A stretch of 64,000 bases of DNA from a virus: positions 32,001 to 96,000 of the IMG/VR virus record IMGVR_UViG_3300023202_000205; one strand, 5' to 3'. The position numbers and the translations under genes are program-made. Position 1 is the first letter of the stretch; the number at the start of each line of letters is the position of its first letter. The notes beneath the pieces were generated by a model that saw only the letters and a program-made list of their open reading frames with translations, was not told where the DNA came from and made no database searches. Positions 1 through 9,374 of the stretch are shown piece by piece.

Positions 1-569
1 AGTAGGTTACTAAAGGGCGCTCCATCATTTTGGTTGTCGACGTCAAGCATCGCCAACCGGATCTCTGGAATCAACAAGGGCCCACGGGTATTGGTATTCA
101 GTAAGCCTAAGGAAGTAGGTTCGACAGCCAACAGAACAGGCCACGTATCAATACGCCACCCGTCATTCTGAGAAGGCTGTTCCCCGTTCGGGATATACCG
201 CTCGACGTAAACCTCGTAGATGCCTGCCATAGGGACATCTTCCGTTCGCAGCTGAAACTCGGCAAAGCCACGATGCTCGATTTGATCGAGAATTTTGCCG
301 TCCACGTTCAGGTTAACGGGTCCTCCAAAGTCGGAGGCCGTCTGCTGGGTTCGCAAGCGCACCTGTACGTTAGATCCCTCAGCCTGCCGTTGAGGACTCC
401 AATCGGGGATCTCTGCGGGCGGGTTGGGTACCTCGTTCAACAAGTCGACGGGGGTACCACGATCGTCCGTCAATTTGAAGACAACAAGCTTGCGCGCCCC
501 CTGCGTTATGCGGACCAGTTTGATCATGCCGGGGTCGAATGCTGGGGATACCTCGATGGGGGAGATCAT
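1..569 (-). CDS. Probable neck / head-tail adaptor protein, partial (runs off left edge; absent from ORF track)
   Basis: Manual translation from ATG at 569 (ATGA overlap with the stop at 566-568) is open to base 1: MISPIEVSPAFDPGMIKLVRITQGARKLVVFKLTDD...GPLLIPEIRLAMLDVDNQNDGAPFSNL. The function call rests on position and on recalled similarity of the 'P..EIRL.M.D...N.L' segment to phage neck proteins. Confidence 0.55.
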   Translation of the reverse strand, partial: MISPIEVSPAFDPGMIKLVRITQGARKLVVFKLTDDRGTPVDLLNEVPNPPAEIPDWSPQRQAEGSNVQVRLRTQQTASDFGGPVNLNVDGKILDQIEHRGFAEFQLRTEDVPMAGIYEVYVERYIPNGEQPSQNDGWRIDTWPVLLAVEPTSLGLLNTNTRGPLLIPEIRLAMLDVDNQNDGAPFSNL

Positions 570-2425
570 ATCTGGCCCCCTCCGATTGCCCGAGAACCAA
601 GCGTACGCGCCCGGGGGCGGTACTGTTGGGAACCCTGCAACTGACGCGTGTTACGGCGTCCCATCGCCCGCCCCTGTGCCTTACGGATAAGGCCTTGTAG
701 ATCTTTTGGGCTAATCGGGCGAGAGTGCTGCCCACTACTATAGTCGCGCCCAGGTTGGAACACCGCTGGCGTACCCAGATAAGGTTTCCTACGTAAGTGA
801 GGGGGGAGCGCTCCATACCTGTTTTGTGGGAAGCGACTGGTCACTTGGCGGAGGTGTTTATCGCGAAGACCACCGCGATGCCCAGTCACGTTGAAGAACT
901 GAGCTCCTAACTTGTTTTGAGGCTGAGTAACTGTTGTCTTCGTTTTCGGCTGCTTCGGAGGCACCTTCGCAGCTGGCGAAGTACCTGGCGCGGTTGTGGG
1001 AGCCGATTGCGACTGAGGAGGCCTCACCGCTTCTTCAGTCGTCGGTGGCACATCACGAACCTGCTCAGGGGCTATCGGAGATGGGGGCGTCTTCGCAGCT
1101 GGCTGTTGTGCGCCCCCTATCTGTTGACGTGCCTGATTGTAAAGGTCCGTATAGTTGATTCCCTTTTGGAATCCACGGTCCTGCAACATCTGGCCAGCGA
1201 CCACATGTGCGTCCATCTTCTCACGGAAGTTGGGGTCCTGCTGCTCCATCTGAGCTACCCGGTTCTGAAACCATTCTGGGGGCTCCTCCCCCGTAGTTTG
1301 ATAGGAGCGGCGTAGTGAGGCCAGGTAACGGGGATCGTTGAGCCTCCGCTCTCTGCGAGCATCTCGTGCGTCGTAAGCAGCGGCCCGCTCTGGGTTGGCT
1401 TGTCGCCACAGGTCGATGCTCGACATTCGCTGCAACCCCTGCTCAGAGAGCGCGTGAGGCCGGCCTTGTCGGTCAAAGTACACCGGCCCCCCAGCTGCTG
1501 CCATAGCATCGTCAAGCCGAGTTAAGCCCAGACGCTGAGCGGCCTCCGAAGGACCTCCTAACTCCGCAGCCAACTGCTGTCGCCGGTTCTGCGCCCACTG
1601 AGCACGCCCCTCAGGATCCCTCGGAACTCCCGTTCCCGCACTCATCTCACGAATTAGTTGGCGCTCAATGTCCTGTTGCGCCTCAGCAGAGGCCTCCAAG
1701 TGAGGGACTCGAGTCAGACGCTTACCAGGCTCTCCAGTTTGAGACCATTTGAAGGTACGCCCCTCGGGGTCGATGTAGTAGTAGTTCCCAAAACGGTCGC
1801 GAGCGTTCAGGTTTTGATTGGGAATTGCGTCATACCCCGTGAACTGCGGCAACTCCTGCAGTGGAGCTGTTTCCAGGACCTCTCGGGCCATGTCCCGTGT
1901 TGCTTCCCTTTCTGGCCCCAGCACATCGTCGTCGACTGGAGGGGGTCTACGTACAGTGCGTTCCTGAACCCTCTTCATAGAGTCTTCAGCCGTAGAGGCA
2001 CTCGCCTCCTCGGGGGGAGGTTGTCCCACACTAGCTGCAGCCGCCTCCTCGGTAGCCGAAGGAGGAGTGGCCCCAGGGGACTCACTTTGCTCGGGGTCCT
2101 CAGCAGCCTCTTGTGTCACAGCTCCCATGGCTCCAGGGAGTGCCTGCGTAAGCTCGTCTGCTACTGGTAACTGCTGAATGCGCTCAGACATCCGAGACCG
2201 GATAGCGGGGTCCATAGCCGTAAAGCGACGCTTGGCCAACTCATCTATCCGAGGAGCCAGCTCAGGGTCCATCTGCCCAATCATATTGGGCAGACTACCT
2301 GCGAACTGCTGAAACTGCTTAGCAAGATCCTCATCTGGAGTGAGCGGAGCACCCTGGGCGTCAAAACCAATCAGATTGTTGACGAGCCAGGGTACTTCCG
2401 CAGCCAGCTTACCGAGTCGTCCCAT
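566..2425 (-). CDS. Putative internal head / ejected protein (Q/P/R-rich, K-x-A motif)
   Basis: 619-aa ORF starting MGRLGKLAAEV, nearly the same N-terminus as 21237-22358 (MMSRLGKLAAT). Low complexity, no enzyme motif. Confidence 0.6.
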   Translation of the reverse strand: MGRLGKLAAEVPWLVNNLIGFDAQGAPLTPDEDLAKQFQQFAGSLPNMIGQMDPELAPRIDELAKRRFTAMDPAIRSRMSERIQQLPVADELTQALPGAMGAVTQEAAEDPEQSESPGATPPSATEEAAAASVGQPPPEEASASTAEDSMKRVQERTVRRPPPVDDDVLGPEREATRDMAREVLETAPLQELPQFTGYDAIPNQNLNARDRFGNYYYIDPEGRTFKWSQTGEPGKRLTRVPHLEASAEAQQDIERQLIREMSAGTGVPRDPEGRAQWAQNRRQQLAAELGGPSEAAQRLGLTRLDDAMAAAGGPVYFDRQGRPHALSEQGLQRMSSIDLWRQANPERAAAYDARDARRERRLNDPRYLASLRRSYQTTGEEPPEWFQNRVAQMEQQDPNFREKMDAHVVAGQMLQDRGFQKGINYTDLYNQARQQIGGAQQPAAKTPPSPIAPEQVRDVPPTTEEAVRPPQSQSAPTTAPGTSPAAKVPPKQPKTKTTVTQPQNKLGAQFFNVTGHRGGLRDKHLRQVTSRFPQNRYGALPPHLRRKPYLGTPAVFQPGRDYSSGQHSRPISPKDLQGLIRKAQGRAMGRRNTRQLQGSQQYRPRARTLGSRAIGGGQI

Positions 2426-2426
2426 A

Positions 2427-3467
2427 TTACACCGAGGTGATTGTGTCGTCAGCGAAGGTGATCGACTGTTCGGTAGCGCGGGCGGCTCCTAGGGCGTTTC
2501 CTATAGTAGTTGTGATGACGTCTTGCCAGTCAGCACCGGCGTCAGTGGCGAACTTGGTATCGACGGTACTCGTAAAGGTTACACAGATCGTCGCCCCATC
2601 GACAATGGTCTCAGTAGCCCCTGTAATGGTCAATCCGTCTGGGTTGCCAACCGTTACCCCGTAGGTGCCCCCAGTAAAGACCGTTAGAGGACCATACTTC
2701 TTGGCCAACTCCTGGTCGACTGGGTTGAGGGATACCTCCAAGCACGCCTCCACAGCATTCCCACAGACCACCAACTCCTTTTCAGTTACAAAACTGAGGG
2801 GGAAGGAGCTGGTGGGGAGGCCATCAGTCGAGTTGTTATCGATATCGTTGAGCGTGAAGTCGCCAACAAGGCCACTTGGCCAGCTGTGTAGGTTGCCCGT
2901 CGCTGAGTCGTAGATGACATCCACCGTGTCGCTGAAAAGCGCATTGGTGCCCGTATCAAGCGTCAGCTCGGTCTGATCATCGTTAAGCGAGGCAGTAGCA
3001 GACGATAGGTCGATAGCTACGTCATTGATCTCAACGGTGAACCCCGCCACCAGGTCCCCGTCGGTCGAACCAACCGGCTCTCCGAAGAAGATCGTAACGG
3101 TATCGTTGTTACCGTCGTTAGCCCACTCTGCACGCCGGACCAGAGATACCGAGAAATACTCGACGGCTACCTCTCCAGTAAAGCTGTTCGCCGCATCTCC
3201 AGACCCGGCTTCCTGGACCTGACTGGGATCTGCACCCGGATCAGTGTAATCGACCGTCAGAGTCTCTGCAGCCCCAACGGGGGAAACCAGCGTACCTATG
3301 ACAGCATTATCGTCGATTGAGCTGAACGAGGGCGTGATAACCGAGGGACCAGGAGTGATGGTGAAGGTGAACGCGTCCAAATCCGCTACATTCTGGACCG
3401 CCCTATCAAAAATGATGTAGAGCGTCGTACCATCATGCTGGACCGACTGAATGGTGGGCGCAGTCAT
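2427..3467 (-). CDS. Virion protein with two SwmB-like Ig/beta-sandwich repeats
   Basis: Two repeats of the pattern 'L.I.F...V....F.....V......LTV.Y.....Q..G...SF'. Acidic, T/D-rich. SD GGAG upstream. Confidence 0.6.
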   Translation of the reverse strand: MTAPTIQSVQHDGTTLYIIFDRAVQNVADLDAFTFTITPGPSVITPSFSSIDDNAVIGTLVSPVGAAETLTVDYTDPGADPSQVQEAGSGDAANSFTGEVAVEYFSVSLVRRAEWANDGNNDTVTIFFGEPVGSTDGDLVAGFTVEINDVAIDLSSATASLNDDQTELTLDTGTNALFSDTVDVIYDSATGNLHSWPSGLVGDFTLNDIDNNSTDGLPTSSFPLSFVTEKELVVCGNAVEACLEVSLNPVDQELAKKYGPLTVFTGGTYGVTVGNPDGLTITGATETIVDGATICVTFTSTVDTKFATDAGADWQDVITTTIGNALGAARATEQSITFADDTITSV

Positions 3468-3476
3468 TGACGGCTC

Positions 3477-3647
3477 CTACTTGTTGCTCTTGCGAGAGTG
3501 CTTTTGGAACAGCTTGCACAGCTTGATCAGGTCGGAATCTTCCAACCAACGGCGGACGGCAACCTTACGAAAGGCGGCGGTCTTTGAGAGCTGATGATCA
3601 GCGTGCTTGGCTAATCCGCGAGCGATTGCCGCATGGGTGACTTTCAT
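3477..3647 (-). CDS. Small basic 56-aa protein with three K-x-A motifs (not in ORF track)
   Basis: ATG at 3647 gives MKVTHAAIARGLAKHADHQLSKTAAFRKVAVRRWLEDSDLIKLCKLFQKHSRKSNK-stop. It fills the gap between 3684 and 3467. Confidence 0.7.
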   Translation of the reverse strand: MKVTHAAIARGLAKHADHQLSKTAAFRKVAVRRWLEDSDLIKLCKLFQKHSRKSNK

Positions 3648-3683
3648 AGCCACCAGCTTACTGGGGGCGCCCTCTACCGCAAT

Positions 3684-4508
3684 CTACTTGAGGTCAGCCC
3701 GGACCCTTACTCGCTTACGCCGACGAGGTTTCTCGTCCGATACCTCTTCCTTTTCCTCTTTCGGCTCGGTAGACGACGGCTCAAGAGCGCCCAAATCACC
3801 GAGGTCAGCCTCGATCGTCTCCTCCAGCTCATCCCCGTCACCTAAGTTACCAAGATCGACTACCTGCTCCCCCTCGTCTTCATCTACCAGGCTGCCAAGA
3901 TTGGCGGAAATATCCTCTGTCTCCGGCTCTTCGATAGAGTTCCTCTCCAGAGCAGAGAGTCGAGTCTCGACTGTCGCAGGGGTCATCTCGGCAGCCAACT
4001 GCTCATCTAGCGTGAGCTCCTTCTCAGCAGCTGGAGCCTTTCCCTGCTCCATAGAGGCGTATTCTGACGACTCCACGGTGATGTCTGGGTAGATAGCCTC
4101 CGGCTCTTCGATCGTTGCCTTCTCAGGCTCCTTCGGCTTCGGAGCCTCCTTCTTGGTCGTGACCTCTTCCTTCTTGGTACGCCCGAGCTGGCTCTCCACA
4201 CCAGGGAGCGTTTTCTCAGGGGTAGTCTGGGCATCAGGGACTGATGGCGTGGGAGCAATAGTCGCCTGCTCTGTTTGTGTCCGCGCAGACACTTTTTGAC
4301 GGCTCTTAGATCCCTTTACGAACTCGACGTCAAAAACCCCTGCCTGCATGAGGCGGCGTACGCGGATACTTCCTAGTTTGCTCCGTATATCACCCTGGAT
4401 CGCGTAAGTACCCTTGGGGAGCACTGCCCGACGGAGTGGCATGATCTTAACGGGCTGGTTGACCGTGATTACAGAGTGATCAAAGCGTTTATCGACTTTA
4501 CCGAACAT
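3684..4508 (-). CDS. Hypothetical protein: basic N-domain, long acidic E/P-rich linker, Arg-rich C-terminus
   Basis: 274-aa ORF with SD GGGAG upstream, ending KPRRRKRVRVRADLK. Confidence 0.6.
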   Translation of the reverse strand: MFGKVDKRFDHSVITVNQPVKIMPLRRAVLPKGTYAIQGDIRSKLGSIRVRRLMQAGVFDVEFVKGSKSRQKVSARTQTEQATIAPTPSVPDAQTTPEKTLPGVESQLGRTKKEEVTTKKEAPKPKEPEKATIEEPEAIYPDITVESSEYASMEQGKAPAAEKELTLDEQLAAEMTPATVETRLSALERNSIEEPETEDISANLGSLVDEDEGEQVVDLGNLGDGDELEETIEADLGDLGALEPSSTEPKEEKEEVSDEKPRRRKRVRVRADLK

Positions 4509-4554
4509 ACGTGCTCCCTACTGTCACAGATACCAAGCCTCTGAGCGGGCATAT

Positions 4555-4585
4555 AAGAACGCCAGCTACGGTAGCTGGCGTTCTT
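4555..4585. terminator. Perfect 15-bp inverted repeat (hairpin, probable terminator)
   Basis: aagaacgccagctac-g-gtagctggcgttctt in the intergenic gap after the 4661 stop. The U-tract is weak. Confidence 0.55.
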
Positions 4586-4660
4586 GCAGATTCAAGCAAT
4601 ATGCATAGTGGAGGCGTCGAAAACTACCTGTCTGAGCTGCCGTAAGACGGCCGAGGTGTA

Positions 4661-5569
4661 TCAGGCAACTACCACGTCTGTTACGGCTGTAGGAGCACCA
4701 GCCTGGACGTTTGCGCCGTCGTTGGCGACGAAGTAGACGTCGAAAGTACCGGCCCCACCAGGGTCGATGCCACTCACGCCAGCAGCAACACCGGAATCCA
4801 CCACTTCGGTAGCGGAGGCTACGCTACCCGTCGAGGAGCCAGCCTCCACCTCGTCGACCGTCGGAACCGGGTTACCGTCAGCCACCACCAGGATGAAGAC
4901 AGTAGCGTTGTCATCGACCGTGTAGGTCGTATCGATGAGCGAGCCGCCGCCGTCAGTTGCAGTCGGGCCAGCACTAAAGCTGGGGGCTACCGCGTCAGCG
5001 GTGACGGTTACCTCACCCGTCGACGCATCGATCCGCGACGAACGGCTGAGCTGGTCAGTTACACTGACCCGTGGCTGGAACGTCCCTGCTGTGAAGTAAC
5101 GAACGTCTGTAGTACCTCCAAAGGAGGCTGCTTGCGGACCAGAACCATCGCCGGGTTCGACAACCACATCGACAGTTGGGTTGATGGCGGCGCCGTTGTT
5201 CACCCTGGGGTAGGCACCGGGACTGATATTCTGGGCGGGAAAGCCACTCACCTGCTCAGTGTTCACTGCGGCCGTATGGGAAACAGCGATTCCGCCTTCC
5301 GGGCGACGACGACTCATGCCGGCTGCGGCGCCAGGAGTAGTGTCAGCGGGGAAACTTCCCCGACCACTCAGAGCGACGTCCCCATCCGCTGCGGGAAGAG
5401 TATAGGTGACATCTACCCCGCTATCGCCAGAAGTCGGAGCGAACGTCGTCTCGGCCCCAGCAGCGCCAGCCCCACGAGTCACCTCTGCAAGGCGGTAATT
5501 GAGGAAGGCGCCATAGCCGTACCGCATAACCGGGTTGCGGCGAAAGTGTCCAATGGGTGTACGAGGCAT
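4661..5569 (-). CDS. PKD/Ig-like virion decoration protein (Hoc-like)
   Basis: Likely start ATG 5569 (MPRTPIGH) with SD AAGGAG. PKD-like 'PGDGSG.......YFTAGTFQPRVSVTD' followed by a T/V/D-rich beta-sandwich domain. Confidence 0.6.
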   Translation of the reverse strand: MPRTPIGHFRRNPVMRYGYGAFLNYRLAEVTRGAGAAGAETTFAPTSGDSGVDVTYTLPAADGDVALSGRGSFPADTTPGAAAGMSRRRPEGGIAVSHTAAVNTEQVSGFPAQNISPGAYPRVNNGAAINPTVDVVVEPGDGSGPQAASFGGTTDVRYFTAGTFQPRVSVTDQLSRSSRIDASTGEVTVTADAVAPSFSAGPTATDGGGSLIDTTYTVDDNATVFILVVADGNPVPTVDEVEAGSSTGSVASATEVVDSGVAAGVSGIDPGGAGTFDVYFVANDGANVQAGAPTAVTDVVVA

Positions 5570-5627
5570 ACGAGTCTCCTTACCAGACAAGCCTAGTTTA
5601 GCGAGACAGCTCCCGTTTCTCAAGCCA

Positions 5628-7562
5628 TTAGACGTAGAGCGCCAGCCGCTCAAGAGGTTTACGGCTCTCACACCAATCTACCCAAATAGCCTCAAACCCC
5701 CTCACAAGCCCTTCTGCGATAGCTTCAGGGTTGCGAACCAGCGCCATATCCATCTGTTCACGAAGTGTATTGCGAATCTCCCTAAGACGCTTACGGTTTG
5801 TAGCCAATGCTTTCGTTCGCTCCACAAACTGCTCTGGGTCTTCCGCACCCAACTCCTCATGCCAGCCTAGCTGGCTGATCAGTGTCCACGTCTGCCTGTG
5901 TAAAAAGGTACCTCCCACCAAGGTCATGACAGGTACCCCCATCCACATCGCCTCTGCCGAAGTCAGACAACCTGCACAGGGAAACGTGTCCAGAACTATA
6001 TCGATGTTGTTGGTGTAAAACCGCATCACGTCTTCATTACTTGGAAGCTGGTAGATAAAGTCTACGCGATCCTTGGCAATACCGAGGCTCATCATATCCC
6101 TCAGAATAGTGCGCTCGTGGTCGATGCCGTAAACTTTAATCGAGATCTTAGACCTCGGTACTGCCTTCATCGTGGCTGCCCACAGCTCCAATACTGGCCG
6201 GCTTATCTTACAAGGGTTGTTCAAAGAGCCGAAGGTAATGTGGCCCTTCTTGTCAGCAGGGAGCGGTTTAATGTCAGGTGGGGTAGTCATCGGGAAGTAA
6301 GAGTACGCTGCCGGTAATTCGATCAGCTTTTCCATACAAACATCATCGGCTACCGGAGGCTTCATCCACTGATCGGTAAAGAAGTAATTGATCGTCTCAA
6401 TAGCAGGAGGAGTCATCATCCCCGAGATCCACCCAGCTTGAACCGGGGCGGGCTTATAACCGAACACAGGAAGCCTGTTGTAGGCGGTATGCCCGGCCAA
6501 ATCGACTAGGATATCTATCTGTTCTTCATTGATCAGCTCGGCCACTTCCTGATCTGAGAGACCGTGTACATTGTGCCAGAAGTCTACCGACTCCTTGTAT
6601 TTCTCAGACCAGGAGTCCTCCCGCTCCTTCTCTCGAGAGCTATAACAGGTAAAAATATGCTGAGGGCCTAAAGCCTTGAGACGGCGAATAGGCTCTAGCA
6701 TCAGATTGGACAGGCTGTGCGCTACAAAATCACCAGATACGAATCCAATCCTCAGTCCTGACTGAGCTTTGTTCGCATCAAGCCGTTTAAGTGGGTGTTG
6801 GAAACGTCTCTTGGCTCTCAAGAACCTGGCTGAATATTCCCGACACTGGTCATAGAACTCTTTGAGCGTCACCCCGTGCATATACTGCATGTGCATGATC
6901 AGGTTAGACCCCGTAGACGAGGAGGGTGTCTTCTCGTACGCAGTCCTGAAATGGGTATAGCCCGCTGCCTGCATGCCGAGATCTTTATAAATCCCAGCCA
7001 GAGCACTGTGAATAGCGGCCACCTGCTTCTCATCCTCGATCAGCTCCATAGACTTGAGGTAGTAAGTCAGCGCCTCCTTGTAAGCCTTCAACTCAGAGCA
7101 GACGCGTGCTAGCGTGTAGCTGGTGTTGAAGTCATCACTATTGATCTCAAAAAGAATACGGAACGCTTTGCGCGCTACGAGCCAGCTCTCCTTGTCGTTG
7201 GCCCAGTCCGCGATGCGACGGTAAGATGACTCGTAGCCTGGGCTGACTGGATGCGCTAAGAGTTTTGTGAGAGCCTCCCACTCCTTCTCTTCCTCACCAG
7301 CATGTTGAAAAGCGCTGGCTGCGTTCACATAAAACTCAGGTCTATCACTTCCCGGGCACTGTGCCTGTGACATAAAGAATTCACCTGCTTTGAGGGGCTC
7401 ACCACCCTTTAGATAGGTGAGCCCCTTACAAAGCGTTGCGTTCCCGTCTTCTGGCTTGTCCTCAAGCAGCTCATTGCAGAGCTTCTCCGCCTCCGCCGGG
7501 TAGGCGTCCAGCAGACCATGGATCTGCTTCAGCTTATGCTGGTAGTCCGCTTCGTTTATCAC
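5628..7562 (-). CDS. TPR-containing GT41 glycosyltransferase (OGT/SPINDLY-like), copy 1
   Basis: N-terminal TPRs, then LRIGFVSGDF..HS, IDILVDLAGHT..NRL.VF..KPAPVQ..W, ITFGSLNN..K and DIVLDTFP..G..T..EAMWMGVPV.TL. Confidence 0.9.
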   Translation of the reverse strand: MINEADYQHKLKQIHGLLDAYPAEAEKLCNELLEDKPEDGNATLCKGLTYLKGGEPLKAGEFFMSQAQCPGSDRPEFYVNAASAFQHAGEEEKEWEALTKLLAHPVSPGYESSYRRIADWANDKESWLVARKAFRILFEINSDDFNTSYTLARVCSELKAYKEALTYYLKSMELIEDEKQVAAIHSALAGIYKDLGMQAAGYTHFRTAYEKTPSSSTGSNLIMHMQYMHGVTLKEFYDQCREYSARFLRAKRRFQHPLKRLDANKAQSGLRIGFVSGDFVAHSLSNLMLEPIRRLKALGPQHIFTCYSSREKEREDSWSEKYKESVDFWHNVHGLSDQEVAELINEEQIDILVDLAGHTAYNRLPVFGYKPAPVQAGWISGMMTPPAIETINYFFTDQWMKPPVADDVCMEKLIELPAAYSYFPMTTPPDIKPLPADKKGHITFGSLNNPCKISRPVLELWAATMKAVPRSKISIKVYGIDHERTILRDMMSLGIAKDRVDFIYQLPSNEDVMRFYTNNIDIVLDTFPCAGCLTSAEAMWMGVPVMTLVGGTFLHRQTWTLISQLGWHEELGAEDPEQFVERTKALATNRKRLREIRNTLREQMDMALVRNPEAIAEGLVRGFEAIWVDWCESRKPLERLALYV

Positions 7563-9318
7563 ACCAGGCCCTCCAGGCTGTTCGGATCATGTCACCTAAG
7601 TATTGCCCGCAGGACTCCACATCGCATGCGGGTGATTTAAGGAAGTCCTCTCGAAGAGTACTCCGTAGATGTACTCGCCGCGCCTCATTACGTGCCAGTG
7701 AGACGGCTATCTCGCAGTAGTTTGTCTCATCCCGAGCAATGCCGTCCACCATGCCTAACGCGTTAAGGAAGCTCGCTGAATGGCGGCTAGCCTCAGTCTG
7801 TTTAGGCCAAGTCACTATAGGCAGCCCCATCCAAAGCGCCTCACAGGCTGTGGTACACCCACTGAAAGGCCAGGGATCGAGTACGACATCAATCTTGTTG
7901 TACGTGCTCAAAGACTCTGGAGGTGGGGTAAACCCCTCAAACATCAGCCGATCAGGGTCTATACCGAAGTCTCCCATTCGAGTAGTAATTCGATTACGCG
8001 TAAACTCCGACGCAAATGCAGCACTCTTCATCAATAGCCTGGATTCAGGTACATCTCTCAGAATAGCGGCCCATACCAACAGTACCCCGTCATTGAGTTT
8101 CGCACTATTTGAGAAGGTACCAAAGGTTACGTACCCATTCTCCTTGCTAGGGGCAGGCCCTACGGGTACATCGCCGAAGCCTGGCTGGAAACACTGGTGA
8201 GCGAAAGGCTCGGGAAATCGCAAGACCTGTTCGGAATACCACTGCTCGGTACCTTCTGGGATACTCATTGAACTACCGATTTTATAGTCGATTGCCTCAA
8301 GACCCGTGGTGCCCACGTACCCCAGCCACGTCATCTGAATAGGGGCTGGTTTCTGGGCAAACACCAGTAGGCGGTTACCCGACGTATGTCCGCTCAGATC
8401 AAAGAGCACATCGATTTTGTCCATGCGAACACAATCAAAGAGATCCTCCCCATGCAGCGAGCGAGCATCACGAAATTCTTCGGACACAGCCTCAAAGCGT
8501 TCGGTAACCTCGTCTTGCGCCCAATTGAGAGAATAGCAGTAGATAGCTAAGTCCTCCGGGAAGTGCTCAAGTACCCCCACGAGGAAATGCCCTACTGTGT
8601 GGTGCCGAAAGTCCTCAGAGACAAACCCCACTCGTAGCATCTTATCTGGGGCAGGGTCGTTGTCGTGAGCTGGCCAGCTACTCTTACGAGGCGCCCCGAA
8701 TCGTCGATCCCAGTCAATATGGAGGTCGTAGAGCCGAGACAGCGTGATACCGGGTACGAACTGATGGATGTAGCAGAGATTAGAGACGACCCCCTCGAGA
8801 TTTGGCTGAAGCTTGAGGGTCCGCTGATACATCTCGATGGCTGGCCCGATCAGGCCAGCCTCTTTGAGTGAGTTAGCAAAGCTATTACAGCCTGCTACGT
8901 TGGTTGGGTCGATCGTCAAGGCTCTTCGAAAAGCGGCGATAGCGTGTTCAAAGTAACCTGCCCTACTCAGGTAAAGGCCCGCGTTGATTAGCGCCTCTAC
9001 GTGGTCGGGGTTACATTTGATAGCTTCCTGGTGTGCTCGAAGCGCCTCCGTTAGCTGTCCAGCAGCCCCATAGAACATCCCCAGAGAGTACCACCCTCGG
9101 TCATCTTCCGGGTACAAACTGGTATAGCGTTCCGCTAGTTTGGTTGCCTCGGTGTTACGCCCCCATTTATGCTGGCTCAGTGCTAGTAGGTAAAGTGCCT
9201 TCTGGTGGTTGTGGTCTTTCCTCAGAACTTCCTGGAGCGTCTCGACACACTGTGCGAACTGACCCGCCTGGTACTGCTTGGCTGCAGCAGCGAGTTGGTT
9301 TTCCACGATTGTCGGCAT
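7534..9318 (-). CDS. TPR-containing GT41 glycosyltransferase (OGT/SPINDLY-like), copy 2
   Basis: TPRs, then LRVGFVSEDFRHHTVG, IDVLFDLSGHTSGNRLLVFAQKPAPIQMTWLGYVGTTG, VTFGTFSNSAKLN and IDVVLDPWPFSGCTTACEALWMGLP. Confidence 0.92.
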   Translation of the reverse strand: MPTIVENQLAAAAKQYQAGQFAQCVETLQEVLRKDHNHQKALYLLALSQHKWGRNTEATKLAERYTSLYPEDDRGWYSLGMFYGAAGQLTEALRAHQEAIKCNPDHVEALINAGLYLSRAGYFEHAIAAFRRALTIDPTNVAGCNSFANSLKEAGLIGPAIEMYQRTLKLQPNLEGVVSNLCYIHQFVPGITLSRLYDLHIDWDRRFGAPRKSSWPAHDNDPAPDKMLRVGFVSEDFRHHTVGHFLVGVLEHFPEDLAIYCYSLNWAQDEVTERFEAVSEEFRDARSLHGEDLFDCVRMDKIDVLFDLSGHTSGNRLLVFAQKPAPIQMTWLGYVGTTGLEAIDYKIGSSMSIPEGTEQWYSEQVLRFPEPFAHQCFQPGFGDVPVGPAPSKENGYVTFGTFSNSAKLNDGVLLVWAAILRDVPESRLLMKSAAFASEFTRNRITTRMGDFGIDPDRLMFEGFTPPPESLSTYNKIDVVLDPWPFSGCTTACEALWMGLPIVTWPKQTEASRHSASFLNALGMVDGIARDETNYCEIAVSLARNEARRVHLRSTLREDFLKSPACDVESCGQYLGDMIRTAWRAWCDKRSGLPA

Positions 9319-9336
9319 TCCCGGGTCTCCGCGAAA

Positions 9337-9365
9337 AACGTATACCCGAGCTTGCTCATTGTCAA
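9337..9365 (-). promoter_or_regulatory. sigma70-type promoter upstream of the GT41 pair
   Basis: Minus strand TTGACA-17 nt-TACGTT; the -10 box ends 18 nt before the ATG at 9318. Confidence 0.6.
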
Positions 9366-9374
9366 TAGTGGTGC

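Noticed and set aside
5570-5671. N-terminal extension of the PKD/Ig protein given in the ORF track
   Set aside because: It overlaps the upstream GT41 gene, and a strong AAGGAG SD supports ATG 5569 instead.
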